The notes beneath the pieces were generated by a model. It ran no database searches, had not been told where the DNA came from, and saw only the letters and a list, made by a program, of their open reading frames with translations. A DNA stretch of 63,212 nucleotides, the filler included, from Octopus bimaculoides (taxonomy: Eukaryota): assembly GCF_001194135.2 (NCBI RefSeq). It is 3 parts of 3 records of this genome, joined end to end, with 100 filler letters (N's around TTAATTAATTAA, not from the genome) between each part and the next. Parts side by side here need not be neighbours in the genome. Positions count along the whole stretch, not along the records: positions 1 to 13,003 come from NC_068995.1; positions 13,104 to 34,692 come from NC_068984.1; 1 more part is not named here. The stretch is one strand, 5' to 3'. Of the stretch, positions 11,590-24,885 are shown piece after piece. The translations under genes were made by a program, and so were the position numbers. Every line of letters starts with the position of its first letter. Position 1 is the first letter of the stretch.

Positions 11590-11958
11590 AATATACTCNN
11601 NNNNNNNNNNNNNNNNNNNNNNNNNNNNNNNNNNNNNNNNNNNNNNNNNNNNNNNNNNNNNNNNNNNNNNNNNNNNNNNNNNNNNNNNNNNNNNNNNNNN
11701 NNNNNNNNNNNNNNNNNNNNNNNNNNNNNNNNNNNNNNNNNNNNNNNNNNNNNNNNNNNNNNNNNNNNNNNNNNNNNNNNNNNNNNNNNNNNNNNNNNNN
11801 NNNNNNNNNNNNNNNNNNNNNNNNNNNNNNNNNNNNNNNNNNNNNNNNNNNNNNNNNNNNNNNNNNNNNNNNNNNNNNNNNNNNNNNNNNNNNNNNNNNN
11901 NNNNNNNNNNNNNNNNNNNNNNNNNNNNNNNNNNNNNNNNNNNNNNNNNNNNNNNNNN

Positions 11959-12054
<96 letters not shown>

Positions 12055-12059
12055 ATTGT

Positions 12060-12960
12060 GAAAGGGGTACAATAAACCAGCCGTGAGGAGTGGAATATCT
12101 AACGTTTCGGATTCAAATCTTCGTCAGGGAGCAGAGTAAATGAGAAGAACAAGCGACAAGTCAAACAGAGTTTACATCGTCCTAGCTTGAAAAACTGGCT
12201 GCAACTGATAATGGACGCAGAATAACAGGGGTCGCTAACGGAAAAATAGAAATTATTGGAGAGGGCGTGCAGAAAGGAGAAGGAAAAGGGTAATGGAAGG
12301 AGTAGAGGTAAGTAAATACGGGAAAGTTGAAGAGAGAGGAAGGAGGGAGGAAAAAAAATGTAACAAAGAATTACAAGTAGGTGAAAGGATGAAAGGAATA
12401 AACGTCCATTCATACCTGTTGGGGACAGTGCCAAAATAAAATATGAGACATTGCTCCTTGCGTTTCCGTAGCCGTAGTACAAGGCCATGCCACACACTGA
12501 TCGAATGATTCATAGTGTTGAAGTGGGTGGCGACAGGTTGGCCTGGCATACGTAGCATTATGCTTCAGATGTATTCGCGAAAGCGATCCCCAAGGCGTCG
12601 CCCTGTTTCTCCAATGTAAAGAACGCCGCAGTGCTTGCATATGATGCAATATATGAGACTCGCTGAACAACAGAAGTGGCGTGTTATGTGATATTGCTAA
12701 TTGGGCCGCATGACGGTGGTAATATCGTTAATGTAGAGGCATGTATTACGACGTAGGCGAGAACATTTAAAGATACCTGGTTGTGCAGAGCTGGGAGCTG
12801 CGAAGATTCTAACAAAGAGATTTCTAATACTCCTATCTTTTTTAACAGGCAGGTGGGGTGGTGTTGAAAACATAAGGATGGACGTCAGAAAGAAGAATGG
12901 GTAAGTTGTAGGTGAGTTTGTGCTTTAGGGAGAGAATGGACGGGTAGTAGGTGACAATGG
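12060..12960 (-). mobile_element. Penelope-like element 3' fragment: Cys-rich linker, GIY-YIG endonuclease and terminal hammerhead-like motif
   Basis: PGIFKCSRLRRNTCLYI...HFCCSASLIYCIICKHCGVLYIGETGRRLGDRFREY*..PVATHFN..HS..RKRKEQCLIFYFGT; one in-frame stop. Confidence 0.9.
12100..12127 (-). ncRNA. Hammerhead-like core motif at the 3' end of the Penelope-like element
   Basis: CTGACGA-A-GAT(TTGA)ATC-C-GAAAC-GTTA, directly downstream of the GIY-YIG fragment. Confidence 0.45.
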
Positions 12961-12962
12961 AG

Positions 12963-13003
<41 letters not shown>

Positions 13004-13103
13004 NNNNNNNNNNNNNNNNNNNNNNNNNNNNNNNNNNNNNNNNNNNNTTAATTAATTAANNNNNNNNNNNNNNNNNNNNNNNNNNNNNNNNNNNNNNNNN
13101 NNN
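13004..13103. other. Artificial 100-bp scaffolding spacer (N44-TTAATTAATTAA-N44)
   Basis: Six-frame-stop palindrome centred in exactly 44 N on each side; identical structure at 34693-34792. Confidence 0.9.
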
Positions 13104-13865
13104 GATAGATATAGATATAGATATAGATTTACTCACATACATATATGTATATACATCTATATATATCTATGTGTGTATGTGTGTATACATATATAAGAAT
13201 ATGCAGATGATGTCGAAATGAGTGATAAACTATTTTAAGTAATATGTCATGTATCATGTCACCAGTCACTCAATAATTATTAACTCAATGACAACACGGT
13301 TATTTCACGCGATCTTTAGCCGATTGTTCAGGAATCATAGACATTATCACTCCGATCTAAAGAAACAAATTCTCTCTTCAATGTGTTGTTACTGTTTATT
13401 TTACGAAGAAGAGGATTATATGTAGCCATTATTATTATTTAAACTAGTTGAAATCAGTCATTAAAAGACAAGTTACTTGTGCAAATATTCTTGTTGTACC
13501 AATAACATTACACAAACAGTTACTACTACGGAACACACTATACGCATTCACAGTGCAGTAGTTCCATTATCGTATTAGCTGTATTTATATGTATGTCATT
13601 TTAAACTTCATTTCATCACTGCTTTCATTATTGAACGATTATTCTACATAAATCCCCTAACAAAATACAAAGCAACAACTCCTACGCAAGAAATCAATAA
13701 CTAATATCTATTATATACACCTCAAACCGTCAACACACAAAAATGACACATTAAATGCATTAAAACGTCTCAATTAATGACATTCTGCCAAGCTTCAGAC
13801 TCCTTTTAAAAGAAGGAAACACTCACACAAACACCCACATACTCCTCCCACGCACACACGCACAC

Positions 13866-13913
<48 letters not shown>

Positions 13914-14730
13914 NNNNNNNNNNNNNNNNNNNNNNNNNNNNNNNNNNNNNNNNNNNNNNNNNNNNNNNNNNNNNNNNNNNNNNNNNNNNNNNNNNNNNNN
14001 NNNNNNNNNNNNNNNNNNNNNNNNNNNNNNNNNNNNNNNNNNNNNNNNNNNNNNNNNNNNNNNNNNNNNNNNNNNNNNNNNNNNNNNNNNNNNNNNNNNN
14101 NNNNNNNNNNNNNNNNNNNNNNNNNNNNNNNNNNNNNNNNNNNNNNNNNNNNNNNNNNNNNNNNNNNNNNNNNNNNNNNNNNNNNNNNNNNNNNNNNNNN
14201 NNNNNNNNNNNNNNNNNNNNNNNNNNNNNNNNNNNNNNNNNNNNNNNNNNNNNNNNNNNNNNNNNNNNNNNNNNNNNNNNNNNNNNNNNNNNNNNNNNNN
14301 NNNNNNNNNNNNNNNNNNNNNNNNNNNNNNNNNNNNNNNNNNNNNNNNNNNNNNNNNNNNNNNNNNNNNNNNNNNNNNNNNNNNNNNNNNNNNNNNNNNN
14401 NNNNNNNNNNNNNNNNNNNNNNNNNNNNNNNNNNNNNNNNNNNNNNNNNNNNNNNNNNNNNNNNNNNNNNNNNNNNNNNNNNNNNNNNNNNNNNNNNNNN
14501 NNNNNNNNNNNNNNNNNNNNNNNNNNNNNNNNNNNNNNNNNNNNNNNNNNNNNNNNNNNNNNNNNNNNNNNNNNNNNNNNNNNNNNNNNNNNNNNNNNNN
14601 NNNNNNNNNNNNNNNNNNNNNNNNNNNNNNNNNNNNNNNNNNNNNNNNNNNNNNNNNNNNNNNNNNNNNNNNNNNNNNNNNNNNNNNNNNNNNNNNNNNN
14701 NNNNNNNNNNNNNNNNNNNNNNNNNNNNNN

Positions 14731-14980
14731 GTTCTCGGGGATATTCAGCGTGACACATTGTGACAAGGCTGACCCTTTGAAATACAGACACAACAGGAAG
14801 TAAGAGTGAGAGAAAGTTGTGGTGGAAGAGTACAGCAGGGTTCGCCACCATCCCCTGCCGGAGCCTCGTGCAGCTTTAGTTGTTTTCGCTCAATAAACAC
14901 TCACAACACCCGGTCTGGGAATCGAAACTGCGATACTATGATCGCGAGTCCGCTGCCCTAACCACTGGGCCATTGCACTC
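14731..14980 (-). mobile_element. SINE family B, truncated by the gap
   Basis: Reverse complement of the 34992-35364 head and body. Confidence 0.85.
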
Positions 14981-15219
14981 TACACAAATATATGATAGGT
15001 GAAGAAATAAGCAGATATGTTTTTATATTTGCGAATCATTGCTCCTTCACGTACACACGTGGGCGCGTAAGCATACATTTTAATCAGTGTTATATTACTG
15101 CGAAGACACATATCACCACGATAACACACATTCGAATTGGTATCCTCATTCCCACGTATTGTTGTAATAATGTTATCGCCTTTTAGTCAAGTTCAGTAAA
15201 GTTTATTTACCCGATATGT

Positions 15220-15619
15220 TTATGAACATGTGTGCGTGCGTGCGTAATTGAGTGCGTGTGCATTCAGGTGTGTGTATGTGTGTGTGTGTGTGTGTGTGTG
15301 TACGTTGTGTGCATGTCTGAGTGTATGCGGATCTTTGTGTGTGTGTGTGTGTATGTGTATCTTTGTCTGTTTTTGTGTGTGTGCGTGTGTGTGAGTCTGC
15401 GTGTGTTGTGTGCATGATGCGTGCGTATCTGAGTATGTCTGCTTCTGGTTAGCTCTGTGTGTATGTGTGCGTGTGTATGTGTGCGTGTGTGCATGACGTG
15501 TGTGTGTCTGACTATGTGTGGTTATCTGTGTGTGTGTGTGTGTGCTTGTGTTTGCGTGTGTGTAAAAACGTGCGCGTGCCTGTCTTTTGTATATGTGTGA
15601 ATGACGTCTGCGTGTCCGA

Positions 15620-15652
<33 letters not shown>

Positions 15653-15709
15653 AATGATGTGTGCGCGTCCGAGTACGTATGCTTCTGTGTGTGTGTGCGT
15701 GTGCGTGTA

Positions 15710-15740
<31 letters not shown>
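15220..15740. repeat. Degenerate (GT)n/(GTGC)n low-complexity tract
   Basis: Read directly from the sequence. Confidence 0.9.
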
Positions 15741-15741
<1 letters not shown>

Positions 15742-16239
15742 GGCGCGCTCGCACTGATGTAGTTGTGTTTGAAGTGCTCTGTAGGAAAAAAAAATGGAAC
15801 GACCAAAGATAAAAATAGTATAAATAAATACAAAATTGTAAAGTAGCGAAACACAGAATATCTGTAAACATTATGTCGGTCGCTATGGCAACAGATTACA
15901 TTGAAAGTAATTATTTCTCATAATTTTTAATATATTACTTTTCTATATTATAGTTTTCGTTCACCATTTTGATTCCAGCAGGCAATGAACACACCAATGA
16001 CGTATTTGAAAAATGAATATAGAATAATTGTTTTGACGAATCTGCTGATGTTATTCCAATAAGGTGTTCCAGAATGCCACATTTCTGTTGATAATTTTTT
16101 TCTGTTAATCTAAATTCACACATCAGTTGCAAATAATACATTATTATGGTTTTGTTTTTTAAAATTTTTATTATAATTTTATAAAGATGAAATCGAGTTA
16201 ACGAAATTAGGTCATTTCTAAACAAATTAAATTCTTGAT

Positions 16240-16560
16240 TGTATACATTATTGAATTAGATGCTGTAGCCTCTTCCCCACCCATACTCTTATGTATATGG
16301 CATCACAGTTCACTCATCATTAGTCTTCAGCAAGCACATGCCATCCACATGTAATGTACACACCTCACACCTAGCCTGAACTGCTTTCATGAGCAAACAC
16401 TCATCTTTGACTCGCACACATAAAAACTTCAAATACACTATTCATTCAAGTCATCAGAATCGGTAAAGGTCTGTCAGTGCAACTTCGTGATCCTTGTCGG
16501 ACACAGAAAACACATTCTGTTAAGCTCATTTTTTATTAACACACACAGCTTGACTATCTA
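16240..16560 (-). mobile_element. Highly degraded RTE-like RT remnant
   Basis: gtccgacaagga (VRQG) at ~16505-16494 in an RT-like context; frames are broken. Confidence 0.3.
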
Positions 16561-16843
16561 AAATTGTATCCATTCACCTACTTCGTGTACACCTCTTACA
16601 TTTTCTTTCTTTTTAATTACAAGGAAGCTGCATAGAAGCTCCGTCGGTCTTACACGAATTACACTCTGCTATTTATTATATACTAAACTGTTTCCGGACT
16701 CTTGAACTCGGTAGTTAACACGCTTTTTACAATCTGTATTTCCTAGTACGTCGCATTAAGAAATGTTTTCTCTGTCCACCGTCTTTCTAATGTACATGAG
16801 CCGCGGTGATTCAAGCTATATCAATACTACAGTGTGTGTGTGC

Positions 16844-16886
<43 letters not shown>

Positions 16887-18355
16887 TATGTGTGTGTGCG
16901 CGCGCTCACACGTGAGTATGTATGTATGTTTCAAGTTACTTATGAGTGTTTTTATATCGACTCCTATATTTCATATTATTTCTACAAGTAATATAACAAA
17001 AATCGTCATATAATTTAACTGAAATATTGATGAAACAGAAGTAATAATAAAAGAACTAGCACAGGCATAGCTCACCGGTTAAGATGCTCACTTCCTAATT
17101 ACGTGCTTCCTGGATCAATCGATCTACAGTGAGGCATGTTGGACGAGTGTTTTCAACGGTAATCTCGGCTTGACCAATGCTTTGTGAATGGAATTTTGTA
17201 TAAGGGCTCTACGGAAGGCTATCGTATATATGTATATGCCTGTGCATCTACGTCTGTGGTTGTGTTCATGTTTACCACTGTAAATGGTATCGTGTTTTAT
17301 ACCTTAAAGTACAAAAATAACGCAGTTTAGCCATTTAATAAATACATTTCAATAAAATAGCAGACCGATAAAAATACCGAGAAAAATACGATCGTTTAAA
17401 AGATTTGTAGGCGTTGTCCAGGCGTGGTTGCAGTTCAATGTCTGAAACCAATAAACGAGCAACATAATAATGACATCTATGAATAGTTACTAATATCCTA
17501 CATTAAAAATGTATATGAAAAAAATTAAGTCTACGTGCATTTTTATGTAGATAGATGTTCATAATTTTGAACAATAGGTTTTACATTCCCGTAGGAGAGC
17601 AAAATGAAAATAACATACTGCAACGTTGTTATTTGGACGAGACTCCAATACGAAAGTTTAGTAACAAGCCAAAATAACAACTGTGCCATATTAAAGAAGA
17701 TCAATTAGCTGTCCTCTTCGTACAAAATGCCTTTTACTATAATGACATCATCTAACCTTATACTTATCTTATACAGACTGCAGTTTCGACTTTTAACTAT
17801 AACAATCCAGCTACCAATTATTAGTAAAATTGCCCATGGGAATAATGTTAACGAATACAAACCTTGATCGATAAATTAAGAGGTGGGCTAAGTGTTTCGT
17901 TGTTTGAATAGTTGGAGTCGATTAATAAGGTAATAAGACATTATTTTTGTAATTTTCCAGGCATCGATCTAAACTGCCAGACAGAACAGTCTAAAGTATC
18001 TTACGTAGTATTAACATTATATTGTTTATCTAGTGAAGACTACAGTTGCTTAACACATAAAGTATTCTAAAATAAACTAGATTGTGTAAAGAAACTAAAC
18101 GAATTAATAAAACGTTATAATTTAGCAAACCAATTAAAAGGGCGATAATCTATTGATAAAGTACAATTAAAATTTCCTTTTTTTTTGGCAACTCGGGAGG
18201 GTCGTTATGCCAATAATAAGCATTGATTTTATTTCACTTCTTTTATTATTTCATATACGCTCAACAGATTAGACTGTTGAAAAATAAGAAAAAGTTCCTA
18301 ACATCGCGCTACAAGTAAGCTTAGACGCCAAGAACCCTCCTAAGTAGTTCAAGCC

Positions 18356-18628
18356 TAGCCAGACTCATGGGTCCGGTTTCTCGGTTTCTATGGCGTATGT
18401 GCTCCCCCCAGCTGGACGGGACGCCAGTCCATCGCAGCGTTACTCAAGAAACAGGAAGAAAGAGTGAGAGAAAGTTGGAGCGAAAGAGTACGACCCCCCC
18501 CCCACCAGAGCCTCGTGGAGCTTTAGGTGTTTTCGCTCAATAAACCACACAACGCCCGGTCTGGGAATCGAAACCGCGATCCTCCGACCGCGAGTCCGCT
18601 GCCCTAACCACTGGGCCATTGTGCCTCC
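18356..18628 (-). mobile_element. SINE family B head with an alternative V-/Meta-SINE-like 3' module
   Basis: Same tRNA head as 34992, then GTAACGCTGCGATGGACTGGCGTCCCGTCCAG (18443-18412)..AGAAACCG. Confidence 0.8.
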
Positions 18629-18630
18629 AC

Positions 18631-18714
18631 CCTAAGTATCCTAGCTGTTCCTAATAACAGTGTACTAAACTGAATTTTATGCACATTTCCTCTATCCACC
18701 TGTTGAAATCTTTA
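18631..18714 (-). mobile_element. Tiny R4/Dong-like 3' coding remnant, cut by a SINE
   Basis: Minus strand encodes KDFNRWIEEMCIK...LLGTARILR, the same terminal motif as the 8862-9240 copy. Confidence 0.55.
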
Positions 18715-18742
18715 ATCATCGTCATCATCATCATCATCATCA

Positions 18743-18810
<68 letters not shown>

Positions 18811-18813
<3 letters not shown>

Positions 18814-20735
18814 TAGTTTTATTTTTATAGCGTACTTTCACTTCACTACCAAACGCAGTTCTGTGTGCCTTGGGTATATGCTGTGATGCTCTTATGGGTA
18901 CTGTATTGAAAGTGTTTTGCGTAGGATGTGTGTGCAGTGACCAGTAGTGCAATTTTCTGTATGTTATATATACTTGTAAGTCCTGGTGGTTTTGTAATGT
19001 ATTTGTCTGAATATTTTTTTTATCATACCTAATCCGCCTACTATGAAAGGAATTGTTTCTGTTTTTAGATTCCACATTCGAGTTACCTCTATTTCCAGGT
19101 ATTTGTATTTTGAAAGTTTCTCCATTTCTTTTAGAAAAAAATGTTGTCATCTGCTGGTATTGATACATCAATTAGAAAGCATTTTTTCCTTCATGATCTC
19201 TGACAACTATATCTGGCCTATTGGCCTTAATTACTCTATCTGTGGGTATTGGCATATCCCAGAGTATGGTTGCTTTCTCGTTTTCTGTGACCTTTTCTGC
19301 CGTGTGTTTATACCATCTTTTTTCTGCTGTTATTCCATAGTGTTGGCATAGCTTCCAGTGTATGTAGGTCCCAGCTCTGTCGTGTCTGTGAATATATTCC
19401 TTCTTAGCCAGGACTGGGCAACCAGAGATAATATGATTTATTGTCTTTTGTCCATCGCCACATATTCTGCAGTTACTTGTTATGCTTCTTTTCATCATAT
19501 GTTTTTGGTACTTATTTCTGATGGGGAGGCCTTGGTCTTGTGCTGCAGTTAAAAATCCTTCAGTCGTTGCTTTGAGTCCTGAACTTCTCAACCATTGTTG
19601 GGATTTTCCCTGTCTATTTCTTTTGCATTTAGTTTAGCTCAGTATTTGACATGAAGTGGCTATTCTTGCCATCGTTTTATCATGGTCCGTTGCTGTTCTA
19701 GTTTTAGTTTGGATTTCATTTGTTTTATAGCTTTTGTTGTTTCTTCTTCTTCATATTTGTTAGGTAGTATGATTTCTTGTTTGTATTTGTCAGCTTCCTT
19801 AAATACTGTAAACAGTTCTTTGTTTTGCTCGTGTTTTGCGGCTATTTGTATTAGTTTTCCTTGCTTCTGAAGTAAGTATTTTTGCAGTCCTATGATGGTT
19901 ATTTTATAATAGTTTTCCAGCTGTATAAGGCCTCTACCACCTTCTGTACGTTGTATATATAGCCTTTCTATGTCAGAGTTTGGGTGGTGCATCCTAGATC
20001 CTGTCATTATTTTTCTTGTTTTCCTGTCTATTTTAGATAATTCATTTAGTGTCCAGTTAAGGATATTGTAGCTGTAACTTATAACTGGGACGGCTAAAGT
20101 GTTAAAACCTATTATCTTGTTTTTAGCTTTGAGCTCTGTTTTCAGTATTGATCTAACTCGTCTATAGTATTCTTTCGTTATTTTCTCTTACATTTGTGTG
20201 TGCTGTATCCTATCTAGTTCATTGATTCCTAAATATTTGTATGGCTGGCTTTCATCTAATTCTCTTATTTCATTGGCTTTATCTAGTGTGATGTTGCTAC
20301 ACTTAACTAGTTTTCCTATTTTCAGGGTTGCTTTAGCACATTTTTCTAATCCAAATTTCATATCTACTTCTCTGGTAAATCCATGTACTCTCTGTAGTAG
20401 TGTTTCCAGTTGTTTACCATTTGTGGTGTATAGTTTTAGGTCATCCATATATAAGAGGTGGCTGATTGTTTAGCCGTAACATTTGTATCCGCATCCAGTT
20501 CTGTTTAGCATGTCAGATAAAGGTGTCAGTGCCAAGCAGAAAAGGAGTAGAGAGAGCGTTCTCCCTGGAATATTGGGGATGGCCTTGGTTTTCACAAGTC
20601 CCTCTTTTGTTTGGAGCTGTAGCACTCTCTGCCATTTATTCATAGAGTGTCTTATGTATGTATTATAATTATTGGTGCTACCTTGTTTATGGCTAGTGTT
20701 TCGAGGATCCACGTGTTGGGAACACTATCAAAAGC
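18811..20735 (-). mobile_element. 5'-truncated R4/Dong-clade LINE: RT, CCHC zinc knuckle, RHD and PD-(D/E)xK endonuclease; frameshifted
   Basis: KAFDSVPNTWI at the 5' junction; LSLLLFCLALTPLS; MDDLKLY (~20448); KFGLEKC; YKYLG; CRICGDGQKTINHIISGC; YIHRHDR; ILWDMPIPTD..ANRPDIVV; 3' tail (TAA)n at 18746-18810. Confidence 0.93.
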
Positions 20736-20780
20736 CTTCTTCTTCTTCTTCTTCTTCTTCTTCTTCTTCTTCTTCTTCTT

Positions 20781-20860
<80 letters not shown>

Positions 20861-20878
20861 CATTATTATCATTATTCA
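20735..20878. repeat. Compound (CTT)n/(ATT)n microsatellite at the LINE 5' junction
   Basis: Read directly from the sequence. Confidence 0.97.
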
Positions 20879-21577
20879 ATTCTTTAACATATAATCAATT
20901 AACCATTCGATCTCTTAATCGTTTGATCAATCAATCAACCAGCTAGAACTGTCAAACTCCTTTCGAGACCATCGCGAGTTCATCAATGACAACTTCTATC
21001 TACTGTAGGCCACTGTAGGTTTGTCTGCTACAATTACAATATTCCTGAATATTAAAATTTATGTTGTCCCGGAAGATGATTCGTAAGACAACGGAATTTT
21101 TAGAGTGTAAGCTTTGGATTACAAAGTTATAACGGGAAAATTCCCTATGAGTTGTCTTTTGGGGTCCCTGTGAATTCTATTTTAGTTCGATTTTAAATGA
21201 ATATAATGACTAAATTAACAACGAAATAAGGATAAAATTTGGATCTCAATGAATTACTTATTTTCGAATATAAATATTTTCCAGACATATTTTGTTTAAA
21301 TTGGAGCCTTATTTCCTGATTCCAACAGAAAAGTCTTCGCTTCAGTTCATTGATCCATCTTGTCACAGTCTGAATCAAATTATATTTGGATAAGATTTGA
21401 ATTGATTTTATATTGTCCAAGCAATTCTAAACACAAGATAATAGTAAAATGTGAACAAAGAGTTGAAGATAAAATGAGTAAACAGGATAACCATTATTGA
21501 GTAAATCTTCAACATATAGAAATCAGTAGCTGAGCAAATCAAAGCAGAGGTGAACATGAACATGAATTAATTTTATT

Positions 21578-21727
21578 TAGGCGCAGGAGTGGCTGTGTGG
21601 TAAGTAGCCTGAGTTCCGGGTTCAGTCTCACTATGTGACACCTTGGGCACTTGTCTTCTACTATAAACTCGGGCCGACCAAAGTCTTGTGAGTAGATTTG
21701 GTAGATGGAAACTGAAAGAAGCCTGTC

Positions 21728-21789
<62 letters not shown>

Positions 21790-21982
21790 TTGTGTGTGTT
21801 TTTCCCCCACCATCGCTTAACAACCGATGCTGGTGTGTTTACGACCCGGTAACTTAGCGGTTCGGCAAAAGATTAAGATAGAAAAAATACTAGGCTTACA
21901 AAGAACAAGTCCTAGGGTAGCTTTGTTCGAAAAAAGGCGGTGCTCCAGCATGGTCGCAGTAAAATGACTGAAACAGATAAAA
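21578..21982 (+). mobile_element. Bipartite SINE, family C (CORE-like head, internal (TA)n(TG)n, conserved tail)
   Basis: taggcgcaggagtggctgtgtggtaag..ccgggttcagtc..caccttgggcacttgtcttctactata (CORE-like), microsatellite, then cccccaccatcgcttaacaaccgatgctggtgtgttt..ggcggtgctccagcatgg. Confidence 0.85.
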
Positions 21983-22349
21983 ACAAATAGCAACAAGTGA
22001 AACTTAAAAGTATTACAACTAACTTTAATTCAAAGACAAATTAGTAACAAAAAAGAAAGCATATATTTAAAGATATATATAAAGATATAAAAATAAACAA
22101 AAGACACCACGACACAAATCTTCAAAATCTGTTTAAATGTACTCATAGTTTTGCTGTTAAAACGTTAGCTTCATACCTACAAACATCGGGCTGCAGGACT
22201 TGAATTCACTGCGTAGAGACCTTGGCAAGTGTCTTCTACCACAAGCACTTTTGAGAATAAATTAGTGAAAGAAGCTGTCTGATTTTAGTAATATCGTGAG
22301 AGTGTGACATAGGGAAATGTGAATATGTATGTATGTATGTATGTATGTA

Positions 22350-22560
22350 TCTCTTACTCTTTCACTCTTTTACATGTTTCAGGCATTTTAGTGCGGCCAT
22401 GCTGGAGCACCACCTTTAGTTGAACGAATCAACTCCAGGACTTATTCTTTGTAAGCCTACTACTTTTTCTATCGGTCGCTTTTGCTGAACCGCTAAGTTT
22501 CGGGGACATAAATGTACCAACATCGCCTGTCAAGCGATAGTGGGTGGGACAAACACAGAC
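22350..22560 (-). mobile_element. SINE family C tail
   Basis: gcggccatgctggagcaccacc..ctgaaccgctaagtt..aagcgatagtgggtgggacaaaca. Confidence 0.8.
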
Positions 22561-22585
22561 ACACAGACACACAGACACACGCACG

Positions 22586-22642
<57 letters not shown>

Positions 22643-22799
22643 ACACGCACACACATATATTCACGACGGGTTTTTTTCAGTTTCTGTCCACCATACATAG
22701 TCGCTCACATGCGCGCGTGCAAACACACACGTATCTTTNNNNNNNNNNNNNNNNNNNNNNNNNNNNNNNNNNNNNNNNNNNNNNNNNNNNNNNNNNNNN

Positions 22800-22851
<52 letters not shown>

Positions 22852-24275
22852 TAAATGGCTCTCGATCAGAAAGTCGGCTGTGGCTTATCATTAATCCAAT
22901 AATTACAAATATCCTCCTATTAAGTATGTTTTTAAACCTGAAAGGTGTAGCACTGAATTATTTAGATTTTTAAAGTAGTTTACTATTGAGAAAGCATGTG
23001 GACAGTTTCTACCGTAGAAATATTGTAGTTCAGTTACGTTATCCACAGCAGAGAGAATATGTGACAGTCAATTCCAACAGAATTCCAGTTGAAAATATAG
23101 AAACTCTTGACCCGCTGCAATAAAATGTACGTCTTAAACTACTAACTCATTCTTTGAATATTAACTATGTTTCTTACATAACAGCAAAGAACATTTAAGG
23201 AAGAAATATGAGAAGTAAAGGACTTCACACCTATCTGCGTAGCGTTATATATGTAAGAAAGGAAAGTAATATTCGTAGCAACAGCAATAACATTACTTTT
23301 GATGCAAAATCAGCAATGGCAACTGAAGATACAAGTAGCATATTTCTTGAGATAAGCACGCTCAAAGTTTTTTATAATGCTGTTCATGAATTAAAAATAG
23401 AAAGTAAAAATGAGGTTATGCCATAATCAAGAACCTGAAAACGCGATGACATTTCCAAACAAGATTTAAGCAATTTCATTTTCCTTATGCAATTTCATTT
23501 CCCAGTGGTTTGCTAGTCGTAACCAACTCGCGCTTTTATTGATGTCAAAGGCGATGTATCCTTTATTTCTAAAGATGACAGAGTGTGAATTAGAGAATAT
23601 TTCGTAGCTATTTCAAGCAGATCGAGTTGTCGTGTAGAAGCTCCATCAATAACTGGTGAACAGAATTGTTAGATTATAGAAGTGTAAGAAATAAAAAGAA
23701 ATAATCTTATGTTGTCGATAGACGTTTGTTTAATGTGAAATCCTCATAATAGTTTCTCTGTAACATAGTTTCTATTAAGTCTGTGTAAATCTTTGAACAA
23801 TCCACCAGATGATTTATCAGTAATACTGAAAATAACACATAAATTCGAGAAAAGTTTTTAACTATCTACTGATCTGTCTTCAGAAATGAACAACCTTATT
23901 AACTTTACTCTGACAAGCAGACTAATATATCTGTCAGTGGCACTTCCTGCTCAGCTACTGTTGACCATATTCTTCTTTAACGAAACATGCTGATATAAGT
24001 GTAAGTAGATGAAATATTATGGCAATATATTCGTTTTTCTCTACATGTTTATTTTTCTTCTTTTGTTTAGTTGTTGTCTTAGCAAATAATGTCGCAAATT
24101 TTGTATTTTGTTTAGCGAATTTTCCAAGCAGACTGTACAAACGTCTACTCTGTGAGTTCAGATATAACTGTGTAGTTACAAAGGCCATCTCCCAAATGCA
24201 TGGTTCCTGGTTTGATTCCACTGCGCAGTACCTTGGACAGATGTTTAATTTGAACTCGGATACCTTGAGAATGGA

Positions 24276-24338
<63 letters not shown>

Positions 24339-24847
24339 CGCGCGCATATGTGCGAATGCATTGTGCATGCATATGTATATATTTATGTATGTATGTGTAT
24401 GCATCACGTACGTCCTCACGTTGTTTTATTTGTGGGGGTGATTGACTATATATATAAACATATTAAGGATGCTACAAGTTGTACCAGTATGCTAAAAATA
24501 GCAGCCAGAAGACGACTACAACCACAAATTTTCACTGATACACAATAACTGAAATCGGGGAAAATGAGCAGAAATTCTAAGCCTTCGTACCAATAACGAA
24601 AAGAAACGTAAATATAATTTGTTTTTTGTACATTTTGTTGCATGAATAAGAATTTTTAACTAAATTAAATTTTTTAATAATTTTTTTAACTGGTAATTTC
24701 CGGAAGAGATTTGAAACCACCACGTATGTGTTGTATTACTACTTCTCAACACCCACGCCTACTGGTCCACCGAAGTAATAACGTTCTTAATTGGAAAATT
24801 AAGATACTTAAATTTGACGCGTGTCGAGCAAGGGAGATAGAGGAAAG

Positions 24848-24885
<38 letters not shown>

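Noticed and set aside
13048-13059. Perfect palindrome TTAATTAATTAA isolated inside a gap (again at 34737-34748)
   Set aside because: Centred in N44 on both sides to make exactly 100 bp and gives stops in all six frames: an assembly linker, not biology.
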